From assembly GCA_964477745.1 (NCBI GenBank), contig CAYZEI010000002.1, positions 5,054 through 69,053 of the forward strand: a stretch of DNA of 64,000 bases, in the 5' to 3' direction. The stretch is from an uncultured Candidatus Saccharibacteria bacterium. GTDB lineage: Bacteria > Patescibacteriota > Doudnabacteria > UBA920. Shown one piece after another: positions 38,965-47,412 of the stretch. The position numbers and the translations under genes were made by a program. The stretch's first letter is position 1. Each line of letters starts with the position of its first letter. The notes beneath the pieces were generated by a model. It was not told the DNA's origin. It ran no database searches and saw nothing but the letters and a program-made list of their open reading frames with translations.

Positions 38965-39528
38965 TTATGTTAATTCTTTCATTACTTTTCTTAAAATTTC
39001 CGCTTCCACGCGACAGTCCACCAGAGCATCATGCAGATTAACGGGCTTTTTTACTTTGAGCATCTTAAGCATTGATTCAATGCCAAAACCCGCAAAATTC
39101 TTTACGGAACTTAAACGGTTTTTTGCCGCGAGAAAAGGATAAAATAATCCCCAAAGTTCAAAATAATGATAATCAAACTTCCATTTTATTCCGGCCCGCT
39201 TATAACTTTCCAGTAAAAACCTTTTATCGTTGTACCCGACATAAAAAGCCTGAATAACATCATGACCAAAAGTGCGGTCAAACTTTTTTAACACTTGTTT
39301 TAACTCCGGCGCTCCTTTGAGCATTTCCAAAGTAATTTTATTTACTTTCATGGAAGCCTTATCGCGAGTCTTCCAACGCCGAGGTTTTACATAAGAAGTA
39401 AAAAACTTTTTTTCTTCTAAAGTTTTTTTGTCCAACAAGACCGCGGACAGTTGTAAAATTTCGTGTTTTCCAATATCAAACCCGCTAAACTCAGTGTCTA
39501 TTAATAAGATGTCTTTTTTGAAATTCAT
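38965..39528 (-). CDS. DEDDh 3'-5' exonuclease (DnaQ/oligoribonuclease-like), paralogue B
   Basis: Exo I IDTEFSGFD. Exo III HDALVDCRVEAE. Confidence 0.7.
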   Translation of the reverse strand: MNFKKDILLIDTEFSGFDIGKHEILQLSAVLLDKKTLEEKKFFTSYVKPRRWKTRDKASMKVNKITLEMLKGAPELKQVLKKFDRTFGHDVIQAFYVGYNDKRFLLESYKRAGIKWKFDYHYFELWGLFYPFLAAKNRLSSVKNFAGFGIESMLKMLKVKKPVNLHDALVDCRVEAEILRKVMKELT

Positions 39529-39532
39529 AGAT

Positions 39533-39614
39533 TTTACGAAATACGAACCTTTACGAACTTACGAATTTTCCCGCGAGCTTTGTTCGTAAGTTCGTAGGCA
39601 TTCGTACTTCGTAA
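39533..39614. repeat. 'acgaa' palindromic element copy 1 (tttacgaa..tacgaac..ttacgaa / ttcgtaagttcgta..ttcgtacttcgtaaa)
   Basis: Homologous to 40158..40232 and 56903..56985. Confidence 0.65.
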
Positions 39615-39618
39615 AAAA

Positions 39619-40155
39619 TTATACTTCTTTAATTATTCTTCTAAATATCTCCGCGTCCAGACGAACTTTTTCCATAGCATCGTGAGGGTTTTTTTGTTTT
39701 AATTTAAAATTATCCAAAAAGGTGTTAAAAGTTGGCATCTTTTTTAAACCGTAGTTTAGAGTATAAATATACCCCAAGGTCCACAACTGAACCACGTGCT
39801 CATCGTAGTCAAATGGAACTACGGCTCTTTTAAATGAGGCTTTCAAAAATAACAACTGTTGGAAGCTGTGAGTAGAAAGAAGTAAGTCGCGCCCGAACTT
39901 TTGGTGAAATTGCTTTATACAATCGTAAATTTTTGGACTTTTGCGCAAAATTTCCGGAGTAGTATTGAGTAATTTTGCGTGTGCGTTTACCACACTGTCT
40001 AAATAGCTGACTTTAATAAAACTGTTAAAATTATTCTTTTCCAGCAAATTATCCTTATCCAGCAGTACGGCTGAAAGTTGAATGACAGAATCTTTGTCAG
40101 GATCAGGGCCAGTTGTTTGAATTTCAAAAAATAGTAGGTCTTTTATAAATCTCAT
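39619..40155 (-). CDS. DEDDh 3'-5' exonuclease, paralogue A
   Basis: FFEIQTTGPDPDKD (Exo I). HDAMEKVRLDAE (Exo III). Confidence 0.7.
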   Translation of the reverse strand: MRFIKDLLFFEIQTTGPDPDKDSVIQLSAVLLDKDNLLEKNNFNSFIKVSYLDSVVNAHAKLLNTTPEILRKSPKIYDCIKQFHQKFGRDLLLSTHSFQQLLFLKASFKRAVVPFDYDEHVVQLWTLGYIYTLNYGLKKMPTFNTFLDNFKLKQKNPHDAMEKVRLDAEIFRRIIKEV

Positions 40156-40157
40156 AT

Positions 40158-40232
40158 TTTACGAAGTACTAACCTTTACGAACTTACGAATTTACACCCG
40201 AGCTCACTTCGTAAGTTCGTATGAATTCGTAC
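40158..40232. repeat. 'acgaa' palindromic element copy 2
   Basis: As above. The central 15-20 nt differ between copies. Confidence 0.65.
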
Positions 40233-40241
40233 TTCGTAAAA

Positions 40242-40745
40242 TCAAATTAATTTCTTTGCCTTCCAGTCCGCAACAATTTCTTCCCCTTGGGTGTATTTTT
40301 TTATAAGGTCAATAATTAAAATGCCGTTTATGTGGTCAATTTCATGCTGAGCTACGCGGGCAATCCAGCCGTCATCGGAAAATTTAACTTTTTTGCCGTC
40401 GGCGTTCCAAGCTTCAATAGTAACTTTTTTCGGCCTTCGGACAGTGCCATAAACATTCGGAATAGAAAGGCACCCCTCTTCCAAGTCTACCTTTTTTAAA
40501 CTGCGCGAAATAACTTTGGGATTATACAAAGCCATTAAGGGTACGCCGTTTTTTTCCAAGTTAATAACAATTAGCTTAAGAGATTTTCCTACCTGTGGAG
40601 CAGCCAAGCCAATACCGTCGGCATTGCGCACGGTGTCTATCATGTCTTTAGTTAATTTTTGAACTTCCTTGGACAACGGAAAAACCACCGGCTCAGTCGG
40701 GTTTCTTAAAAATTTATTTGGGAATTTTAAAATTGGTAAAATCAT
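40242..40745 (-). CDS. def: Peptide deformylase
   Basis: GIGLAAPQVG, EGCLSIP, HEIDHINGIL. Confidence 0.95.
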   Translation of the reverse strand: MILPILKFPNKFLRNPTEPVVFPLSKEVQKLTKDMIDTVRNADGIGLAAPQVGKSLKLIVINLEKNGVPLMALYNPKVISRSLKKVDLEEGCLSIPNVYGTVRRPKKVTIEAWNADGKKVKFSDDGWIARVAQHEIDHINGILIIDLIKKYTQGEEIVADWKAKKLI

Positions 40746-40792
40746 AGTAAATACAAGCTGGTCTTAAAATTTTACTGCCTTATGTTTGAACT

Positions 40793-41113
40793 TTAATCAT
40801 TTGAGCTTGGTTTGTCATTTGGAATTTGTAATTTGGATTTTATTTCTTGATTATTCTTCTTAATTAAATAGGCAAATAATCTGCCCGGGGTTTTGGCATT
40901 TTTATTTTCCATAATTTGTCCGGCTAACCCGCGCAAATAATTATGGTCATAAAGCACTGCCATTTTTAAATAAAACGCAAAGTGTTTTTTATCGTTCAGT
41001 TTGATGGATAACTCGTCGGCCAGTAAATGAATAGGGGAGTGCAAATGAGAATTCACTTTGGGTTTGTCCTGATTTTTGGCTTTAAATTTACCGATGTTTG
41101 CTATGGATTCCAT
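40793..41113 (-). CDS. Hypothetical protein, first gene of the def operon
   Basis: 106-aa ORF with no recognised domain. Confidence 0.4.
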   Translation of the reverse strand: MESIANIGKFKAKNQDKPKVNSHLHSPIHLLADELSIKLNDKKHFAFYLKMAVLYDHNYLRGLAGQIMENKNAKTPGRLFAYLIKKNNQEIKSKLQIPNDKPSSND

Positions 41114-41146
41114 ATAAGTGAATTATAACTTATTTTAACAAAATTT

Positions 41147-41188
41147 GGAAAAAATGAACCGGTGGAAGACTAATGAGTCCGCCACCGG
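41147..41188 (-). terminator. Terminator on the minus strand (ccggtgg...ccaccgg + T-run) ending the GC-rich islet gene
   Basis: 7-bp GC stem followed by TTCATTTTTTCC on the minus strand. Confidence 0.5.
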
Positions 41189-41214
41189 CAATAGACAACA
41201 CCAGAACCACACGA

Positions 41215-41601
41215 CTAGCTGGCGAGTCCTGTGACCAAGAGCTTGCCGTCTTCAATAACAGCGTTTTCCCGTGTAACGGCTTTTCCGGCCGGAGCCCCAT
41301 GTTTTGTGGTGGTGATGGTACACTTTGGCCCTGCGGACGATGGCCTCAGGTCGACTTCGATTTCTACTTTTACCCTAGGGCTGTCCATCGAAAAGACAAC
41401 CTTGTCCATACTCAGTTCGCAGGTCACCTCACAGCCATCACGAGATGACCAGATCTCTGAGATCTTTTCATCTGTGACTGTATGGGACATGTACCACGCT
41501 ACGGCATTTTCTGCCTTTTTGAGGTGGTTCCAGAACCGCATGAATTCTCCTGGGCGTGCCCAGTTAAGCCTTAGTGCGACCAATGTATCAAACATCTTCA
41601 T
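41215..41601 (-). CDS. Hypothetical protein (about 126 aa) in GC-rich islet
   Basis: AAAGAGGA SD. The true start is probably the second ATG (41595). No recognised domain. Confidence 0.45.
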   Translation of the reverse strand: MKMFDTLVALRLNWARPGEFMRFWNHLKKAENAVAWYMSHTVTDEKISEIWSSRDGCEVTCELSMDKVVFSMDSPRVKVEIEVDLRPSSAGPKCTITTTKHGAPAGKAVTRENAVIEDGKLLVTGLAS

Positions 41602-41725
41602 CCTCTTTCTTGTTTCGTAACAAAAAGATGTGCGATCGCTTGCGGTCGAACATCTTTTTATAACTTGTACAGTTTACCCTAAATTGGTTGATTTGTCAAG
41701 AGAAAACAGCTATAATTAAAGTATT

Positions 41726-43054
41726 ATGAGCAAAGTTTCAATAGCCGGACTAAAAATAGACGCGACTACAAAATCTGACTTTTTGAGCCAGATTCTTTTA
41801 CGCACTAAAGCTGGCCAAAAAACTTGGGTAACTACTCCGTATTCGGAATTTTTATATCACGCCCTGCGTGACAAACAATTATTAGAAACTCTAAACCAAG
41901 CAGACTTTGCAGTGGCCGATGGTATTGGAATTTTTTGGGCGAAAAAGTATTTAGAGATCCCTCTCACCACAAAAAATTTTTACGCCAAAATAATCCAAGC
42001 GCTGTGGCAAATGAACTATTCTCTATGGGCGATTATTTTTAACCCCAAATGGATTAAGTCAGCGTTACCCGAAAAAATTCCCGGAAGCGACTTGGTTTGG
42101 GACTTGGCTAATTTGGCGAGCAATAATAATCTTTCAATTTTTTTGCTTGGCGGGTTTGGCGACACGCCACAACTGGCCGCTGACAATTTAAAATTAAAAA
42201 ATCCAAAAATAAAAATTGCCGGGGTTAGTAACAAACACCCAGACGATCCTATTCTATACCAGACAATAAAAAAGGCCTCACCTGACATTCTTTTGGTAGC
42301 CTACGGACCAATTAAGCAGGAGCGCTGGATAGCCGAAAACTTACCAAATTTGCCTGTAAAACTGGCCATTGGCTTGGGTGGCACCTTTGACTACCTGGCC
42401 GGAAAAGTGCCTTTGCCACCCAAAATAATGCGCGCAATGGGTCTGGAATGGCTCTGGCGCCTATTTACCCAACCAAAGCGCATTGCCAGAATTTTTAATG
42501 CCACTTTTGGATTAATGTCAGAGATTTTCTTATGTAAACTTTTCCAATATTTACCATACAGAAAAAATGTCGTTTGTGTAATTATTAACAAGGACGGTCT
42601 GGTCTTTATTGCCCAACGGAATCCAAATAATAAAAAGACTCGTGATCGAATTGTAGAAAAAAATAAATACATAAACTACTGGCAGCTGCCTCAGGGTGGA
42701 ACCGGTAACGAAGAAATAATTATTGCGGCCAGGCGCGAGGCACAGGAAGAGACGGGAATAAAAAATTTAAACTTTATTAAAATTTCCAACGAGACTCATA
42801 ATTATGTTTTTAGCCCGTCATGGTTTAGACTTTACGATGATGAATACAAATATAAAGGCCAGACCCAAAATATTGTCTATTTTAAATTTACAGGTGAGGA
42901 CTCAGAAATTCATTTGGACAACAATGAGTTAATCAACTGGCGCTGGGTTGATGTAAATCAATTCAAAAATATCATCCATCCGGAACGCCAACTTCTAACA
43001 GAAATTGTGTTTGCCGATTTGAAGGAAATGCAAGAAAAAGCTATAATAAATTAA
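41726..43054 (+). CDS. WecG/TagA/CpsF-family (GT26) glycosyltransferase fused to a C-terminal NUDIX hydrolase domain
   Basis: N-terminal block AVADGIGIFWAKKYL. C-terminal Nudix box GGTGNEE...REAQEETGI. Promoter TTGATT-17-TATAAT upstream. Confidence 0.65.
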   Translation: MSKVSIAGLKIDATTKSDFLSQILLRTKAGQKTWVTTPYSEFLYHALRDKQLLETLNQADFAVADGIGIFWAKKYLEIPLTTKNFYAKIIQALWQMNYSLWAIIFNPKWIKSALPEKIPGSDLVWDLANLASNNNLSIFLLGGFGDTPQLAADNLKLKNPKIKIAGVSNKHPDDPILYQTIKKASPDILLVAYGPIKQERWIAENLPNLPVKLAIGLGGTFDYLAGKVPLPPKIMRAMGLEWLWRLFTQPKRIARIFNATFGLMSEIFLCKLFQYLPYRKNVVCVIINKDGLVFIAQRNPNNKKTRDRIVEKNKYINYWQLPQGGTGNEEIIIAARREAQEETGIKNLNFIKISNETHNYVFSPSWFRLYDDEYKYKGQTQNIVYFKFTGEDSEIHLDNNELINWRWVDVNQFKNIIHPERQLLTEIVFADLKEMQEKAIIN

Positions 43055-43103
43055 TTGACAAGAATGAACAAAATTGATCAGAATTGACCAAAATTATTAC
43101 ACC

Positions 43104-44609
43104 ATGAACACTATTAGAACAAGATTTGCGCCATCACCAACCGGCTTTGTGCATATTGGAAATATCCGTACTGCGTTGTTTGGTTATTTATTTGCCAAAC
43201 ATAGTAAAGGCAGTTTTATTTTGCGTATCGAAGATACTGATCGTGCCCGGTTAGTTGAAGGCGCGGTAGAAAACCTTCTTCGAGTTATGAAGCATCTTGG
43301 TATAAACCCTGATGAAGGATTTTATTTAGACGAAAATAACACTGTGCAAGAAAAAGGCGAATTCGGTCCATACTTACAATCTCAAAGACTATCTTTATAT
43401 CAAAAACACGCCCTAGAACTGATTGAAAAAAATAAAGCCTACTATTGCTATTGTAGTGAACAAAGATTAACTGATTTAAGAAAAGAGCAGGTCGCTTTAA
43501 AAAAACCCCCGATGTACGACATGTATTGTCGTAATTTAACTGCCGAACAAAGAGAGACCGAATCCAAACAATGCCGGTCGGAAGGCAGAAATCCGGTTAT
43601 ACGTTTTGCCATGCCTCAAGAAGGGCGCACAGAAGTTAATGATTTGATTTATGGGAAAATGAGTTATGAAAACAAACTTTTGGATGATCAAGTAATTTTA
43701 AAGTCGGACAGTTTTCCTACCTATCACCTTGCTGTAGTTGTTGACGACCACTACATGCAAATTTCCCATGTCACCAGAACCGAAGAATGGTTGCCATCAA
43801 CACCCAAACACGTACTGCTTTATGAGGCACTTGGATGGACTCCGCCAATCTTTGCTCACATGCCATTACTTCTAAATCCAGACAAATCCAAACTGTCCAA
43901 ACGCCAAGGCGATGTGGCAGTGGAAGATTTTTTAGCCAAAGGTTATTTAAAAGAAGCGTTAATAAATTTTGTGGCCTTTTTAGGCTGGAATCCAAAGACC
44001 ACACAAGAAATTTTCTCTTTGGAAGATTTAATTTCTCAGTTCAATTTGGAAAATGTAAACAAGAGCGGGGCAATTTTTGACATTAACAAACTGGATTGGA
44101 TTAACGGTCAATATATTCGCGCCAAAAATTCCGGAGAACTGGTTAATTTAGCTTTGCCGTATTGGCAGCAGCAGGGGATAAACACAGAAAGTTACCCGCG
44201 TGGTTTTTTAACCGCGATTTTGGAAGTGGAAAAATCCCGCCTAAAAACTTTATCGGAAATAGGAGAGAGAACCAAGTATTTTTTTGAACTGCCAAATTAT
44301 GATGCAAATCTTTTGACTTGGAAAAAGTCCACACCCGAAGATGCCAAAGCCAAGCTATTAGAAATTCATGACCTTCTGGCGCAAATGGACACTGAGGAAT
44401 TAAAAGAACAAAATAAACTGGAAGTCAAAATCAAATCCTTCATTTCGGATAAAAAATATGACACCGGTTCAGTTCTGTGGCCAATGCGCGCCGCTTTAAC
44501 CGGTATGCCGGCGAGTCCAAGTCCCTTTGAAGTAGTAAGTGTCTTAGCTCATGGACCGGGCAAAGATGAAATATTAAGACGATTAAAGTTAGCTGCAGAT
44601 AAAATTTAA
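43104..44609 (+). CDS. gltX: Glutamyl-tRNA synthetase
   Basis: PSPTGFVHIGN (HIGH). KLSKR (KMSKS). Confidence 0.95.
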   Translation: MNTIRTRFAPSPTGFVHIGNIRTALFGYLFAKHSKGSFILRIEDTDRARLVEGAVENLLRVMKHLGINPDEGFYLDENNTVQEKGEFGPYLQSQRLSLYQKHALELIEKNKAYYCYCSEQRLTDLRKEQVALKKPPMYDMYCRNLTAEQRETESKQCRSEGRNPVIRFAMPQEGRTEVNDLIYGKMSYENKLLDDQVILKSDSFPTYHLAVVVDDHYMQISHVTRTEEWLPSTPKHVLLYEALGWTPPIFAHMPLLLNPDKSKLSKRQGDVAVEDFLAKGYLKEALINFVAFLGWNPKTTQEIFSLEDLISQFNLENVNKSGAIFDINKLDWINGQYIRAKNSGELVNLALPYWQQQGINTESYPRGFLTAILEVEKSRLKTLSEIGERTKYFFELPNYDANLLTWKKSTPEDAKAKLLEIHDLLAQMDTEELKEQNKLEVKIKSFISDKKYDTGSVLWPMRAALTGMPASPSPFEVVSVLAHGPGKDEILRRLKLAADKI

Positions 44610-44627
44610 CTTTGTTCAAACACCGCC

Positions 44628-44670
44628 CGCCCAGTTCTTTGAATCAAAGAGCGGGGCGGGTTTTTTGGTC
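44628..44670 (+). terminator. Terminator (ccgcccgc...gcggggcggg + T6), then TGgTATAAT
   Basis: GC hairpin followed by a T-run. Confidence 0.7.
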
Positions 44671-44701
44671 AAAAGAACACATTTCTGGTATAATATAGTG
44701 G

Positions 44702-46009
44702 ATGTTCAATCCATTTGAAACCAAAACACAAAAGAAATTTGCTTTCGGGCTTATCTTTAGCCTTATTTTTGCTATGGGCGTTTCTTTTGTCCGCGCCGAT
44801 CAAACTGCGGAAGAATTAGCAGCCACCAAAACCGCCAATGAAAAGAAACTCCAGCAAATAAACCAGCAAATTAAAACTTACCAACAACAAATCGCCACCA
44901 CACAAGCCAAATCCAGCAGTTTAAAAAACGAGATTTTTATTTACGACAAGCAAATTATTTCCACGGAATTGCAAATCCAAGGAAAAGAAACGCAAATTAG
45001 CGACGCCAATTTACAAATTACCCAGCTGGAAGACTTAATTGCAAAAAAACTTAAGGAAATTGACGATAATAAAAAAGTTTTGGGCCAATTAATAGTTGAA
45101 CTCAAGCAATATGATGACCAGTATGCATTAAAAACTACGGTCGGTAGCGACAACCTGTCGGATTTTTTGGATCAGTTTCAATTTACCCAAAATCTGCAAA
45201 GCAAAATTTATCAATTGGTGCAAAAAATTAAAGACTTAAAAGCCAGGTTAGAAGGGCAAAAAAGAGATTTAGAAACCCAGGTTAAACAACTTGAAGAATT
45301 AAAAAACCAATTGGAGATTACAGAAAATTCTTTAAGCGCTGTGCGAGGTCAAAAACAATCTTTGCTTAATCAAACCAAAGGAATTGAAAAAAACTTTCAG
45401 AAACTACTTTCTTCCAGCAAAGCCGATGAAGAAAACTTACAAAAAGAAATCCAAGACTTGGACGCAAAAATCCGAGCCAAGCTCGGAAACAAATCCATTC
45501 CCGCGGCCAAAGGCGTTTTGGCCTGGCCTATGGACGGCATTAAAACCCAAAATTATGGGAACACCGGATTTACCGCTCTTGGGTATAACTTTCACAACGG
45601 CATAGACATAGCCGCACCGGCCGGCCAACCGATTTACGCCGCTGCTGACGGTGAAGTTTTATATACAGACAAAAGCGACGCCTCGTACGGCAATTGGGTA
45701 GCAATTAAACACAACATCAGTACTAAAAATGGCAGTAGTCAAATTATCACTCTGTACGCGCATTTTAGAAGCTTCAAAGTCTCTCCGGGTCAACAAGTTA
45801 AGCAAGGTGATGTAATCGGTTACGAAGGAAACACCGGCAACACCACCAAAAAATTGTACGGACCCGAACGTGGCTACCACATTCACTTTGGCGTTTACGA
45901 CGCTGAAGGATTTGGGGTAAGCACCGGAGCTTATACCAAAATTTACGGCAATTATAAAGTGCCTTACGGTTATACTTATAACCCGCTTAATTTTTTAGGT
46001 AGTAATTAA
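44702..46009 (+). CDS. Peptidase M23 (LytM/EnvC-like) with N-terminal coiled coil
   Basis: HNGIDIAAPAG...ITLYAH...HIHFGVY. Confidence 0.85.
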   Translation: MFNPFETKTQKKFAFGLIFSLIFAMGVSFVRADQTAEELAATKTANEKKLQQINQQIKTYQQQIATTQAKSSSLKNEIFIYDKQIISTELQIQGKETQISDANLQITQLEDLIAKKLKEIDDNKKVLGQLIVELKQYDDQYALKTTVGSDNLSDFLDQFQFTQNLQSKIYQLVQKIKDLKARLEGQKRDLETQVKQLEELKNQLEITENSLSAVRGQKQSLLNQTKGIEKNFQKLLSSSKADEENLQKEIQDLDAKIRAKLGNKSIPAAKGVLAWPMDGIKTQNYGNTGFTALGYNFHNGIDIAAPAGQPIYAAADGEVLYTDKSDASYGNWVAIKHNISTKNGSSQIITLYAHFRSFKVSPGQQVKQGDVIGYEGNTGNTTKKLYGPERGYHIHFGVYDAEGFGVSTGAYTKIYGNYKVPYGYTYNPLNFLGSN

Positions 46010-46023
46010 TTAATAAATATTTT

Positions 46024-46998
46024 ATGCCTAGTAAAATAAAAAAATACTTTTATATTTTGCTTCTCGTCGAATTAATAATCAGCTACATTCCAGCCCAGGT
46101 GTTTGCGGCGGAACAATATAATTACGCCTCTTCCGGTGTCTCATCACAAATAGAAGCCTACCTGTGTGCACCAAGTGCGGTTGATAAAAAATCGACAGAG
46201 ACTACAACTGGAACGGGCTGGCGCTTAGTGGATGGCGGATACCAACAATATGCCGCATCAAATAACGCAAACTCCGGGGATTTGTATAAATGCATTAACC
46301 AACTATATAAGTTCGCAATTATTCTTTCTGCTGTCATAGGTGTTTTCTTTTTAGTTATGGCAGGATACATTTATATGTCCGCCGACGGAAATCAAGAATC
46401 CGTGGACAAAGCAAAAAATATTTTAGTTACCACCATAACCAGCATGGTTGTATTAATGGCCGGATACTTGCTACTAAAAGCAATCAACCCCGATATAATC
46501 CAATTTAAATCTATTCAACCGCCAAGCGTACAGGTGAACACAGCTTCATGGGGCGAATTCAAACCACTTGTCGCTCCAAATGGAGATTTCATAGGAGTAG
46601 TTAATGGAGGTCAGTCATATAAAACTCTTGGAAAAAATGATGCTGAATTAATTACTAAAGCTGGATGCACTTTTCAAAACAATGATTTCAAAGTTCAAAT
46701 CAGCGGGATTCAAACAGATTTATTTAATGCTATTGTAGAAGTATGTAGAGCAGGAAGTGGAAATGGCAAAATTCAAATTTCATCTGTAACAGGTGGCGAT
46801 CATGCAAAAAATTCCTACCATTATAAATTCTGTGCCATTGATATGGCAGATGGAACCGGCACATTTAGAAACAACCCCGCGGGCAAAGCCGCTGAAGCAA
46901 AAGCAAAAAGTTTTGGAAATCTTTTAACAATCAACCCTGGAACGGATGCCGACAAAATAGATCACTTACATATTGACGCAAGAAGTAAATGTCCATAA
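46024..46998 (+). CDS. Secreted/membrane protein: signal peptide, VirB2/TrbC-like hydrophobic hairpin, C-terminal LAS-type (M15-like) zinc-peptidase-like domain
   Basis: SYHYKFCAID (H-x6-D) and DHLHID (HxH) motifs. Confidence 0.4.
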   Translation: MPSKIKKYFYILLLVELIISYIPAQVFAAEQYNYASSGVSSQIEAYLCAPSAVDKKSTETTTGTGWRLVDGGYQQYAASNNANSGDLYKCINQLYKFAIILSAVIGVFFLVMAGYIYMSADGNQESVDKAKNILVTTITSMVVLMAGYLLLKAINPDIIQFKSIQPPSVQVNTASWGEFKPLVAPNGDFIGVVNGGQSYKTLGKNDAELITKAGCTFQNNDFKVQISGIQTDLFNAIVEVCRAGSGNGKIQISSVTGGDHAKNSYHYKFCAIDMADGTGTFRNNPAGKAAEAKAKSFGNLLTINPGTDADKIDHLHIDARSKCP

Positions 46999-47006
46999 TT
47001 TAAATT

Positions 47007-47040
47007 AAAAAAGCCTCCACAATCTGCGGAGGCTTTTTTA
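47007..47040 (+). terminator. Terminator (aagcctccac-aatc-tgcggaggctt + T6)
   Basis: Hairpin plus T-run. Confidence 0.7.
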
Positions 47041-47412
47041 ATACACTTCTCCGGCTTAAGTTGCAATAGGGGAGACAGGGTCAATAATTTTCATATTTAA
47101 GGATACTAGTACTTTTTATACCATCTGTGAGTCAAACAAATAAAAGTATATCCTTAAATAACTCTTTCAAAAAAATATACTAGCTAATATTTTTTAATAC
47201 AGAAATTAAAATAAAAATACTTTGCGGAAAATAAAAAAATATTTTTATTTAAGTAGGGGAATTCTAAAACAACAAAAAGCCCACACAATGAGCTTTTCAA
47301 ACATAAGCTGTCGCATAAGATACATTGTGCGACATAGTAAATATTCCGTTTTGGCACTTCCCTTGCGTTTATAGGGGCTCAATTAGCCCGGACTGATTTA
47401 AAACAAAATTTA

